Both the position numbers and the translations under genes were made by a program. Below are positions 9,100 through 18,238 of a DNA stretch of 64,000 nt, piece after piece. The stretch's first letter is position 1. Each line of letters opens with the position of its first letter. The notes beneath the pieces are model-generated. The model was not told the origin of the DNA. It searched no databases and worked only from the letters and a program-made list of their open reading frames with translations. The stretch is from a virus. The stretch lies in the IMG/VR virus record IMGVR_UViG_3300020392_000005. One strand, 5' to 3'.

Positions 9100-10267
9100 T
9101 AAATAAACTTCTCACTTGTTCGTTGGCAACTACATCTATAACTAAATGTGTTCTCCAATCATTACCATTATTAATCGCCATATGTGGTTTTCTAATATCT
9201 AGGTACCAACAATGACCTTCTTCCATATTTACTTTAACTTTAGAACCTGTCGTTGACCAACTTGTAAACTCTACATTAGGATTAGTCTTAATAGGAATAT
9301 GTATTCTCATTAACTTACCATCTTGTATACCGACATCTGGATCCACTTGGTCTGTATGTCGTTCTAGTTCACCACCACCAGGTTTTAGTTTCATAAATCT
9401 AACTCTATGTATTTCTGTTTCAAATACATCTAATATCTTTTCTACTAATGGAAACTTCTTACGCCAATCTGTATCTTGCATTTCAAAGTGTTCGTTCTCA
9501 TTTTCTTTCTGCCACTTCTTATTCATTTCAACAGGTTTAGTAATAAATCTGTAATCGTTCTTGTAACCTCTTAATGAGATAGCAGACCAAGACTTTGCCT
9601 TATTGTAATTAGAATAATGGTTTGTGTATTCTATATCCATTTCTTCTAATTGTTTTGCAAGTTGTTTTGTAATATCTGTAAATGACACTTGTAAAGGTTT
9701 CAATGTATACTTCTCATATACAGGTACTTCTCTATGTTGTCTATCTTCTAATACTTGTCCTGCATTTCTAAAATACACACCTATAATATCTGCAACTGAA
9801 TTGTATTTGACACCGACTTTTTCAAAGTATGCTTCACTTGCGATTGATTTATCAGGACCACTCTCTTCGTTAATCAATAACCATACATTAGAGTTTGTGT
9901 AGTATGCGTCATCTGTTAATGCTGTTATAATATTTCGTCTATCAAACTCATCTGAATAACCTAGATGTTTAATCTCTATATCGCCAGGTAGTTTCTCACC
10001 TATGACTACACCAGGAAACATATTGATTTTAGTTTTGACTTTTACTTTAGTTTGATGAATAAGACCTTTACCTAGAAGTTGTATCTGGTCTTTTGATAAT
10101 GCTTCTGCAATATTATTCTTCTTAAATTTTGATAATTCGTGTTGGGCGTATTCGTTATAACTATTAAATCTCTTTTCTAGTTCTTTTAAATAGTCTAACT
10201 CAAAACCTTTTTGCCAAGGCTTTATTTCTTTTGTTGTGCTTTCAACGCCTTCTGATATCGTTTCCAC
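9071..10267 (-). CDS. two-domain protein with C-terminal aspartyl/asparaginyl beta-hydroxylase-like 2OG-Fe(II) domain
   Basis: RVRFMKLKPGGGELERHTD...RIHIPIKTN...KPHMAIN...RTHLVID. Confidence 0.75.
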   Translation of the reverse strand: METISEGVESTTKEIKPWQKGFELDYLKELEKRFNSYNEYAQHELSKFKKNNIAEALSKDQIQLLGKGLIHQTKVKVKTKINMFPGVVIGEKLPGDIEIKHLGYSDEFDRRNIITALTDDAYYTNSNVWLLINEESGPDKSIASEAYFEKVGVKYNSVADIIGVYFRNAGQVLEDRQHREVPVYEKYTLKPLQVSFTDITKQLAKQLEEMDIEYTNHYSNYNKAKSWSAISLRGYKNDYRFITKPVEMNKKWQKENENEHFEMQDTDWRKKFPLVEKILDVFETEIHRVRFMKLKPGGGELERHTDQVDPDVGIQDGKLMRIHIPIKTNPNVEFTSWSTTGSKVKVNMEEGHCWYLDIRKPHMAINNGNDWRTHLVIDVVANEQVRSLFNADAHRKVQ

Positions 10268-10890
10268 TTATCCATCTCCTTTTCTGCTTTTTTATATGCC
10301 ATATCAAGTTTTAGTTTACTTACTTTTTGCACCATTAGAATACCTGCCTGATGGTCATATTCGTGTTGACAAACTCTACTCATCATACCATCTAATTGTG
10401 CCTCTTTTAAATCACCTTTCTCATCTTCGTACTTCATCAAGCACTTACGAGGTCTCTTAATGCTAACAAATAAGAAAGGAAAAGTCAAGCATCCTTCTTT
10501 CATTAAAACCTCTTCTTTACTTGAAGACATTATTACAGGATTAAACATTGCAAGTTTTAGACCATTTTCTACTGATTTATGGTCTCCTGCAACAAACATA
10601 TTGAAAGGTAACCCTACCTGTATTGCACTCAAACCTATACCACCATATTTGTGCATAAGTTCAAACATACCTGATACTAATTCTTTTCTATCTTTGATAC
10701 CATATTCTTCTAACATATGGTCTTTGAAAGGTGCAACTGGCACTCTAACTCTCGGGTCGTTAGGTGGTAACAATTCATAATGAAATGTTTTAGGATTTAC
10801 ACCTTTTCTTATTTCTGCTGTTTCTTCTACAGCAGGTGCTACTTCTGCTTTTGTATCTTCTTTGGTCACTTCTATTTTATCAGACATCAA
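10222..10890 (-). CDS. def: peptide deformylase
   Basis: GIGLSAIQVG, EGCLT, QHEYDH motifs. Confidence 0.92.
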   Translation of the reverse strand: MMSDKIEVTKEDTKAEVAPAVEETAEIRKGVNPKTFHYELLPPNDPRVRVPVAPFKDHMLEEYGIKDRKELVSGMFELMHKYGGIGLSAIQVGLPFNMFVAGDHKSVENGLKLAMFNPVIMSSSKEEVLMKEGCLTFPFLFVSIKRPRKCLMKYEDEKGDLKEAQLDGMMSRVCQHEYDHQAGILMVQKVSKLKLDMAYKKAEKEMDKWKRYQKALKAQQKK

Positions 10891-12595
10891 CTATCCTCGT
10901 AAAGTTTTGGTATTTCTCAAATTTAATTATGTTAGTAAACTTATCAAACATTATATCACCTTTGTGAGATATAATATAGATGTTTTCTTTTGTAAGTGTT
11001 TTGACAATCTTAAAGAAGTCATCTGTTCCTTGACCATCTAAACTACTATCAAATATCTCATCTAATATTAATAAGTTCGTGTTGACACTATTTTTCATCT
11101 TTGCGATACTTCGCCAAGTAAATAATAATGACAAGTCTATTCTCATCTTCTCACCTTCACTAAAGTTATTATAGTTAAAGGTGTCCATATGTCTACTTCG
11201 TACCGTCTCTTTAAACTCTTCGTCTAAATGAAATGATACAAAGAAGTCCATAGATTGTAAGTATTGATTAATTAACTTGTTCATAACAGGTAGATACTTC
11301 TTAATAATCTGTGCTCTAGCACCACTATCATCTACTATCTGTCTCAACACATCAATATACTTTTTCTCATCAACAACATTGTCTCTATCTTGTTTTGTTT
11401 TGACAAGTTCTTGTTTTAATCTTACTATCTCTTCTTTTATATTTAGGCCTGAGGTATCTTCTATTCTTAATTTTTCTATCTCATCTTCAAGTCTATCTGA
11501 ATATCTTTTTAACTCATCAATAGAAGTGTTAAGTTTTGCAACATTAGTTTCTATACTTCTAATTCTTTCTGATACCTTATCAAAGTTAGATATCTTTTCT
11601 TCTTGTTTTGTTATCTCACTTAATAGTTGTTTGTAACCATCTTGTAATTTAACTACTGCTCTTCGTTCTTCATCTATCTTATCTTGTCTAAACTCTTCTT
11701 TGATATCCTGTGTACAGGTAGGACAATTCTTATTCTCTTCAAAAAACTTCAATGCCTTTTTATGTGTCTTTAAATTCTGGTCTATCTTCGCTTCTAGTTT
11801 TTGTAGTTGTGTCATCTTTTCTGACACTTTAACTTTGTCTGCTATCTGTAATTGATTTTGCACTATCTCTTTATTCAGACTTTCTATTCTGAACATATAA
11901 TCTCTTTTATCGTTTTGTGCTTTTGTAATATCTTTTTGTTTTACATCTATCTGGTCTGTATCTCTTTTAGATAGTTCATTGTAATGTTGTTCTTGTAGAT
12001 TAACTTTGTTCTCAATCAAGTCTACACTATGTCTCAATGTAGTAATATCTTTTGTAAGTTCTTGTTGTTTACTTCTTAATAACAAGTTCATACTTGCAAA
12101 GACTTTGATATCTAATATCTCTTCAATAACATCACGCCTATAACTTGCTCTCATCTTCATAAATGGTTCATAAGAAGATGAACCTAGTATTACGACTTGA
12201 CAAAATGACCTGTAATTTAGTTTTAAGATATTTGTTTCTAGGTACTTCTGATAATCTACACCACTTGCATTTTGATTTAGAAGTTCGCCGTCTTGGTATA
12301 TTTCAAATATGTTAGGTTTGATACCTCGTCTTACTTTGTATGCCTTAGGACCTATACTAAAATAAACTTCAACAATACTATCTGCATTATTGATAGTATT
12401 AATCATCTGGTCTTTCTTAATAATTCTGTAAGGTTTGTTGAACAAGGCAAAACATAAGGCGTCTAATATAGTTGACTTACCTGAACCGTTTTTACCTATG
12501 ATAAGAGTAGTAGGACTTTCTCTTAAATTTATTTCTATCGGTGTATTACCTGTACTTAAAAAGTTTCGCCAAGTTATCTTATGAAATATAACCAT
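10880..12595 (-). CDS. gp46: recombination endonuclease ATPase subunit (SbcC/Rad50-like)
   Basis: GKNGSGKST; CPTC zinc hook; FSEGEKMRIDL; LILDEIFD. Confidence 0.95.
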   Translation of the reverse strand: MVIFHKITWRNFLSTGNTPIEINLRESPTTLIIGKNGSGKSTILDALCFALFNKPYRIIKKDQMINTINNADSIVEVYFSIGPKAYKVRRGIKPNIFEIYQDGELLNQNASGVDYQKYLETNILKLNYRSFCQVVILGSSSYEPFMKMRASYRRDVIEEILDIKVFASMNLLLRSKQQELTKDITTLRHSVDLIENKVNLQEQHYNELSKRDTDQIDVKQKDITKAQNDKRDYMFRIESLNKEIVQNQLQIADKVKVSEKMTQLQKLEAKIDQNLKTHKKALKFFEENKNCPTCTQDIKEEFRQDKIDEERRAVVKLQDGYKQLLSEITKQEEKISNFDKVSERIRSIETNVAKLNTSIDELKRYSDRLEDEIEKLRIEDTSGLNIKEEIVRLKQELVKTKQDRDNVVDEKKYIDVLRQIVDDSGARAQIIKKYLPVMNKLINQYLQSMDFFVSFHLDEEFKETVRSRHMDTFNYNNFSEGEKMRIDLSLLFTWRSIAKMKNSVNTNLLILDEIFDSSLDGQGTDDFFKIVKTLTKENIYIISHKGDIMFDKFTNIIKFEKYQNFTRIVDV

Positions 12596-13656
12596 TAATT
12601 ATCATTTACCTCATTATAAAATTCTTTTGTAATATCTTTCATACGACCTTTGTCTAGTTCAGTATCTAAACTATCAATGTAATTGTGTAAGAAAGTTAGT
12701 GTATCTTCACCTTGGTCTACAACATTGACATCTGCACTCGCATTAATATTAAAACTATCTTCTATGATATTAACTTCGTGTGTATCTATCTCGTTGTGTA
12801 GTCTATCAATAAATTCACCAAACATATTAGTGTCTGTCTTCTCTTCTACAATAACTTTTAAATGACAATCTTTATATTCAGATATATCTTTTGTTAAGTA
12901 ATTCTCTTTTGTATCATTGTAAAATATCTTCTTAAATATATTGATAGGATTAGGCACTCTAGTTAGTTCTCTAGTTTGTGTATCAAATATATGAAAACCT
13001 TTAGGGCAGTTATAATCTGACCAAGTTATCTCGTATTGAGTACCTAGATAATATATCGTTCCGTTATCTGACTTTCTATGAAAGTGTCCTGATAATACTT
13101 TTTCAAATCTATTGAATTGTGCCATTTCTAAACCGTGTTCGTTTATATGGCCTTTGTGCATTTCAAAACCTTTGACTTCTAAATGACCCATTGCAATCTG
13201 AGCCGTTGAGTTGTCTATTGCATAGATACTTTCTTCTTCAATATCAGGTGCAATCCAAGGTAAGAACAATATATCTAAACCATCAAAGTTAACCGTCTTC
13301 GGTTTCTCATAGATAAAAGGTTCGTTAACACCATCGTGGGAAGTGATTAATTGTTGCATAGCATTAATATCATTTGTATTCTTATAATAGGTATCGTGGT
13401 TACCTAGTATAATATGAGTATCAATCTTCATATCCCAAAGTCTCTTCCAAAACTTATGTTGAAAGTTATGTGCCGTGTTATAATTAATAAACTTTCGTCT
13501 ATCAACTACATCGCCTAAATGAATAAGTGTCGTAATGTTATGTTCTTGCAAATAAGGAAAAAATATCTCATCATAGAAACGATTGAAATACTTTATAAAT
13601 GCAGGACTATCATTACGAGCACCAAAATGTGTGTCGTTAAGTAGTGCTATCTTCAT
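12595..13656 (-). CDS. gp47: recombination endonuclease nuclease subunit (SbcD/Mre11-like)
   Basis: DTHFG, LGDVVD, GNHD, SGHFH phosphoesterase motifs; adjacent to gp46. Confidence 0.95.
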   Translation of the reverse strand: MKIALLNDTHFGARNDSPAFIKYFNRFYDEIFFPYLQEHNITTLIHLGDVVDRRKFINYNTAHNFQHKFWKRLWDMKIDTHIILGNHDTYYKNTNDINAMQQLITSHDGVNEPFIYEKPKTVNFDGLDILFLPWIAPDIEEESIYAIDNSTAQIAMGHLEVKGFEMHKGHINEHGLEMAQFNRFEKVLSGHFHRKSDNGTIYYLGTQYEITWSDYNCPKGFHIFDTQTRELTRVPNPINIFKKIFYNDTKENYLTKDISEYKDCHLKVIVEEKTDTNMFGEFIDRLHNEIDTHEVNIIEDSFNINASADVNVVDQGEDTLTFLHNYIDSLDTELDKGRMKDITKEFYNEVNDN

Positions 13657-13832
13657 TATAATACATCATCAGGAGGCCACTTCGTAGCCTTCAATTTGTC
13701 CTTTGCTCGTAATTTAAGTTTCTTCAAATTCTTTAAATCAAACCAAGACTTCCAACCTCGGTCTGTTTTTCTTTCCATTTCTTTAGTTAATACTAGTTTC
13801 TTTAAGTCTTTGTGTTTCTCTTTTGCTGTCAT
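13656..13832 (-). CDS. small basic hypothetical protein (58 aa, not in ORF track)
   Basis: Manual translation MTAKEKHKDLKKLVLTKEMERKTDRGWKSWFDLKNLKKLKLRAKDKLKATKWPPDDVL*; overlaps the gp55 stop and the gp47 start. Confidence 0.6.
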   Translation of the reverse strand: MTAKEKHKDLKKLVLTKEMERKTDRGWKSWFDLKNLKKLKLRAKDKLKATKWPPDDVL

Positions 13833-14398
13833 AAAAAATCTTCAAGGTTTGCCTTTGCCTTTCTAACTCTTTTCTTTGTTGCACCTTTAGTAGTCTTCTT
13901 AATAGGTTCGCTAGTCTTCTCTTCTGTTGGTAAATTCTTTTGTAGAAATTCTGTAAATTGATTTTTAAACTCTCTATCATCACCAGGTTGTAAAGTCATA
14001 TCATCATAGTTTGCTTCTTGTATCAACTTATGTTTGATAGTAGTTTGTTTCTTTTCTTTCTGTATTCGTCTCACAAAAGCATAATAGATTATCTGCGTAA
14101 AATACGCAAACGGATTCTTACTTTTAGCAGGATTAAAATTATCCAGATATTGTAAGCAGTTCTCTATGCCATCTGATATCATATCGTCTCTAAATGTATA
14201 ATTGATAAAGTTAGGTCTATAAGACAAATGGTTTGCGATTTTTAAAAAACACTCACCAATATAATTGGTTACTGGTGGGTTCTTTCTTCCTCGTTTCTTT
14301 GCCTTATTACACTTATCCTTGTATTCAATCATAGCAGCTAGAAACTCTTTGTTATCAACATAATGTTCTTTTTTTGTTGTACTTCGTGTTCTTGCCAT
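13829..14398 (-). CDS. gp55: late transcription sigma factor
   Basis: HYVDNKEF...YIGECFLKIANHLSYRPNF...NPFAYFTQIIYYAF. Confidence 0.93.
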   Translation of the reverse strand: MARTRSTTKKEHYVDNKEFLAAMIEYKDKCNKAKKRGRKNPPVTNYIGECFLKIANHLSYRPNFINYTFRDDMISDGIENCLQYLDNFNPAKSKNPFAYFTQIIYYAFVRRIQKEKKQTTIKHKLIQEANYDDMTLQPGDDREFKNQFTEFLQKNLPTEEKTSEPIKKTTKGATKKRVRKAKANLEDFL

Positions 14399-14407
14399 AA
14401 TTATCTC

Positions 14408-14502
14408 ACTATACTATATTTTGTTGTTAAGGTCAAGCACCTAACAATTTTTGCCGTCCCATATGATAGGTGCTTGACAAGGTGATTTTTTGGTGTTATA
14501 TT
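14408..14502. promoter_or_regulatory. back-to-back sigma70 promoters built on a 12-bp inverted repeat
   Basis: Minus strand TTGACC-17-TATAGT toward gp55; plus strand TTGACA(14474)-17-TATATT; GTCAAGCACCTA (14432-14443) pairs with TAGGTGCTTGAC (14467-14478). Confidence 0.65.
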
Positions 14503-14548
14503 CAGCGTGTCGCTGGTTGCTAGAGAATATATAGAGTAAGAGATACTA

Positions 14549-15019
14549 TTAATGTATCGTCTTATCTTTCTTTTTAAGGTCGTCAAAGTCATCAAATATT
14601 TCCTCAAACTCTTCTCGTTCGGACGGCGACATAACTTCTCGGTCCATTAACTTACGAGTTCTTTCATTTTCTTCTCGTCTTACGAGTTTATCATAATTGT
14701 TATAATCTACGATAACACTTCTATAACTTTTAATCATTTCACTACTTGCATTTGTTATCGTCAATATCTTATCTTTTGGTATGGTAACCAATTTATCGTT
14801 AGTGTAGCCTGCCCATTTAACTAGAGCAATATAATCTTTGATACCTATGTTTGTTATTTGAGGTACATACTTTACTTCTAATGGTTTGTCTAGTGTAAGT
14901 AAAGGTTTGTTTTGTTCAGCGTGAGCAATCTCGCATACAATATCTGTACCATTAATTAACTTAATGATTTTGATTTTAGTAGTGCCGTCTGGTTTGATTT
15001 CGTTTGGATTCTGTGGCAT
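14549..15019 (-). CDS. conserved T4-like hypothetical protein downstream of uvsW
   Basis: KIIKLINGTDIVCEI Sm-like start; positioned between uvsW and gp55. Confidence 0.65.
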   Translation of the reverse strand: MPQNPNEIKPDGTTKIKIIKLINGTDIVCEIAHAEQNKPLLTLDKPLEVKYVPQITNIGIKDYIALVKWAGYTNDKLVTIPKDKILTITNASSEMIKSYRSVIVDYNNYDKLVRREENERTRKLMDREVMSPSEREEFEEIFDDFDDLKKKDKTIH

Positions 15020-15022
15020 AGA

Positions 15023-16501
15023 TTACTCCTTTAGTTCTACATTATGAATTTCATAATCAAAACTTTCCTCATTGTAAATATTTATTCTTTCTCGGAAGTG
15101 CTGAAGAGTATAATTTTCTTTTTCTCCATATGATACATCATCGGCTATATCATATAAAGTTGCATTTGTCTTGTTATCTCCTAGTCTTAAACCTCTTCCT
15201 ATTGATTGCAAGTTTCTTATCCTACTCTTACTAGGACTAGAAAAAATAATATTATGTAAGTTTCGTATATTGATACCAGTTGAAAATGTACCATAACTTG
15301 CGACAATAATCGCATTATCCGATTTTTCTGTAATCGCTCTAATTTCTTCTCTTTCATCTGCATTAACTCCTCCGTATACAAAGAACACTTTTCTTTCAGG
15401 ATCCTTCTGTCTTATAAGTTCTTCTAATACTTTTCCGTGTTTCTCTACATATTGAAATAAACAAAGTGAATTACCTTGTAGACCAACACATAGATTTTTT
15501 ATGTAATTGTTTCTTGCTTTACTAGCACACAAAAAGTCCATTTCTTCTTGGTATGTCTTATCTCTTAAAAAGTCTCTACTATTCTTTCCGTGTTGCAATA
15601 TCAAACAATGTATCTTAAACTTCGCTAGTTGTTTCTTTTCTATCAAGTCTGTCGTTTGTGCAACCTTATTTACTGCACCAAACAATCCTTCTAATACTAG
15701 TTTATGTGTTTTAGAACCATCTAAAGTACCTGTCATACCTATTCTGTATTTACAATTAGTCATCTTTGTCATTATAGTTGTTAGGGACTGGGATTTAAAT
15801 AAGTGTGCCTCGTCACCAATAACAACACCGAAGTCTGCAAACCACTTTTTAGGTAGTTTATATACAGATTGCCAAGTAGATATAACAACTCTTTTAGTTG
15901 TTTCTTTTTCGTGTCCTTGATATATTCTATGAATATGTTTTACATTATATCCATAATCTCTAAAATCTTTATACAATTGTTCTACTAGTGAAGTCGTAGG
16001 TACAATTATTAATACTTTGTTTGCTTTCTTTTCTTTCAATCGTAATAGTTGAAATCTTAATATTAGATACGCAATCAATGACTTACCACTAGCAGTTGGC
16101 GATAGTAGTAAACATCTATCCTCTTGTATTGCGTGATAGAAAGCATTGAATTGATAGTCTCTAATCTGTAAAGGTATATTTAATGCCTTACAAAATTTAG
16201 CACACTCTATCTTATCTAATGGTTTATTCTTCTCTTTTATCTTTGTGATTACTTGTATATTATTATCTTCACAAAACTTTTTTACATATGGCAATAGACC
16301 ATAGTATATCTCACCTTTTGCATATTTAAATAATCTTATCTTGCCGTCCCAATATCTATTTCTATATTGTGGCATAAACTTATAACCAGGTACTTCAAAA
16401 GTAAAAAACTCACTTAACTCTCTACGAATATCGCTCTCAGCGTCTATCGTTAGATACACCTCGTCTTTCTTCTCAATTATAATATAACGATTTTCTACCA
16501 T
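15023..16501 (-). CDS. uvsW: SF2 DNA helicase UvsW
   Basis: PTASGKS, DEAH, GMTGT, QSIGRGLR. Confidence 0.95.
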   Translation of the reverse strand: MVENRYIIIEKKDEVYLTIDAESDIRRELSEFFTFEVPGYKFMPQYRNRYWDGKIRLFKYAKGEIYYGLLPYVKKFCEDNNIQVITKIKEKNKPLDKIECAKFCKALNIPLQIRDYQFNAFYHAIQEDRCLLLSPTASGKSLIAYLILRFQLLRLKEKKANKVLIIVPTTSLVEQLYKDFRDYGYNVKHIHRIYQGHEKETTKRVVISTWQSVYKLPKKWFADFGVVIGDEAHLFKSQSLTTIMTKMTNCKYRIGMTGTLDGSKTHKLVLEGLFGAVNKVAQTTDLIEKKQLAKFKIHCLILQHGKNSRDFLRDKTYQEEMDFLCASKARNNYIKNLCVGLQGNSLCLFQYVEKHGKVLEELIRQKDPERKVFFVYGGVNADEREEIRAITEKSDNAIIVASYGTFSTGINIRNLHNIIFSSPSKSRIRNLQSIGRGLRLGDNKTNATLYDIADDVSYGEKENYTLQHFRERINIYNEESFDYEIHNVELKE

Positions 16502-16502
16502 T

Positions 16503-17075
16503 TTATTGAAACCTAGTACCTAATGTCCAACCTACTAGTGATTTTCTGAAACCTGTTTTTACAGGTAATACTCTATGCCATAAACCAGAATAGAATATAA
16601 TAATTGTTCCTGGTGTAATTTTATCAAACTTATGAAATGTTGTCTTCTTCGGGTCTGGGTGTGGTACACATATCTCTAACTCACCACCAGTATACTCATC
16701 ATTTAAACATAATGTAAAACTTACCTTTCGTACCGTTAAGTCTCTATAAGCGTGAGTATGTGTATCTTGGTGCCAACCATAATGATGACCTACTCCGTAA
16801 GTTGTATATTGGAAGTCTTCAAACTTCTTTAGTTTAAAGTGCCACATACACTCCTCGTTTGCTTGATTGATTGCAGGAGTTATATTGTCTATAAGATACT
16901 TGTCATTTATGAAACAGCCTTTGCTATCTCTTACCGTACTCATACCTTCTTTGCCGTGAATTTTTAAGTCAACGATTTTTTTCTGTTTTGCTATCTCGTC
17001 AACTCTTTGTAGGAAGTCTTTATTAAAGGCGTTATCTCTACGCCAATATATCTTGTCGCCTATGTAGTGTGCCAT
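16503..17075 (-). CDS. 2OG-Fe(II) oxygenase (prolyl-hydroxylase-like)
   Basis: YGWHQD, YTGGEL, WHRVLPV, RKSLVGW. Confidence 0.88.
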   Translation of the reverse strand: MAHYIGDKIYWRRDNAFNKDFLQRVDEIAKQKKIVDLKIHGKEGMSTVRDSKGCFINDKYLIDNITPAINQANEECMWHFKLKKFEDFQYTTYGVGHHYGWHQDTHTHAYRDLTVRKVSFTLCLNDEYTGGELEICVPHPDPKKTTFHKFDKITPGTIIIFYSGLWHRVLPVKTGFRKSLVGWTLGTRFQ

Positions 17076-17503
17076 TAAATCGCTCCGCTAGTAAACTTAC
17101 GCCACTCAATCGCATCCTTTATTAAGAAACCTCTATTTTGTATTTGTCTGATTGTTCTATCTAGGAAGTCAACAATAGTTTCCAAGTAATCTACTTTCTG
17201 TTTTATCTTCTGATAATCTTCGTCTGCTTCAATATACTTGTCTACATCTTGTTTTAGAATTTTAAGATTGAATGGTTTTTGTTGATAGACCATAGGGTCT
17301 GCTTTACCTGTATAATATTCCCATTTATGTAATTTGATTGTTGCAAGTTCAGCGCTTGCTTTAGTTCTCATTAACTTAAACTTATTGTAATGTTTCAAAA
17401 ATTCATTATGTAATTGTGGTGTTTTAAGAGCTTCTAAATCCAACTCCGTATCATTAATCTTTAATTTTTTCTCAACGATATCTTGTAATTCTTCAAGTGT
17501 CAT
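17075..17503 (-). CDS. uvsY: recombination mediator UvsY
   Basis: KWEYYTGKA...LKQDVDKYIEAD...IKDAIEWRKF; synteny with uvsW. Confidence 0.9.
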   Translation of the reverse strand: MTLEELQDIVEKKLKINDTELDLEALKTPQLHNEFLKHYNKFKLMRTKASAELATIKLHKWEYYTGKADPMVYQQKPFNLKILKQDVDKYIEADEDYQKIKQKVDYLETIVDFLDRTIRQIQNRGFLIKDAIEWRKFTSGAI

Positions 17504-17532
17504 ATTATTTTTTCACCTTTGTTAGCCTTATA

Positions 17533-17561
17533 ATAGTATACTATTTCTAGTCGTTTGTCAA
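17533..17561 (-). promoter_or_regulatory. sigma70-type promoter for uvsY
   Basis: TTGACA-17bp-TACTAT. Confidence 0.65.
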
Positions 17562-17565
17562 GCTT

Positions 17566-18186
17566 TTAAGTGTTTGTAAGTGTGGATTTCTTACCTGGTT
17601 CTGCAAAGTCGTATAGTGTATATTTGAAAGCAACCGTTGAAGTTAAGTATTGTACATCTGTCGCTTGTGTTGAAAATCCTACACCAGATAAACCTGTAGG
17701 AAATATGTCTGTAAATCTTACTTCTTTAATTACATTGTTTTTCGCTGATAGTATTGATAGTGTAGCGTCTGATAATACTGAACCTTGACTTACGGCAGTA
17801 CCTTCTTTACCTGCGTTTCTATTTAATCTATCTTTCCCCTGGGCAGGAAACCTATCTCTACCTGCTTGTACTAAATTTGCATATTCAGTATGGTCAGCAG
17901 GAAAACCTAGACCTCTTAACCAAGTGTATATCTCTTCAAAGTTCTCAAACTTTTCATCTACTAAAAATGTTAAGTTTAAATCACCAAACTCTAGTTTAGT
18001 GCCAGGTAGAGGTATATCTCTTAATGTAGTTAGTTGTGTAGCGTTACCTAGATTGATACCAGGTATATTAACTTCTGTACAGAAAAACTCCACTTTAGGT
18101 AGTTTTGCAATACTGAATTTAAATTGACTAGGACTAGCATAGTCTTGTTGAGTAGGTTGTCTACTTATAGCGTTTGTAGTTGTCAT
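17566..18186 (-). CDS. gp3: tail completion / sheath stabilizer
   Basis: FKFSIAKLPKVEFFCTEVNIPGI...LTFLVDE; T4-like synteny. Confidence 0.85.
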   Translation of the reverse strand: MTTTNAISRQPTQQDYASPSQFKFSIAKLPKVEFFCTEVNIPGINLGNATQLTTLRDIPLPGTKLEFGDLNLTFLVDEKFENFEEIYTWLRGLGFPADHTEYANLVQAGRDRFPAQGKDRLNRNAGKEGTAVSQGSVLSDATLSILSAKNNVIKEVRFTDIFPTGLSGVGFSTQATDVQYLTSTVAFKYTLYDFAEPGKKSTLTNT

Positions 18187-18191
18187 ACTAC

Positions 18192-18199
18192 TATTTATA
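18192..18199 (-). promoter_or_regulatory. T4-type late promoter
   Basis: TATAAATA just upstream of gp3. Confidence 0.75.
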
Positions 18200-18210
18200 C
18201 GACCTAATAA

Positions 18211-18232
18211 TCCCCTAGTAAAAACTAGGGGA
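18211..18232 (-). terminator. hairpin terminator downstream of the alkB-like gene
   Basis: TCCCCTAGT-AAAA-ACTAGGGGA; only a short U-rich tail on the minus strand. Confidence 0.55.
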
Positions 18233-18238
18233 CCGATA

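Noticed and set aside
13783-14607. Alternative-frame minus ORFs 13783-13983 and 14401-14607
   Set aside because: The first overlaps gp55 out of frame. The second spans the promoter/inverted-repeat region, and the 58-aa ORF at 13656-13832 fits the packing better.
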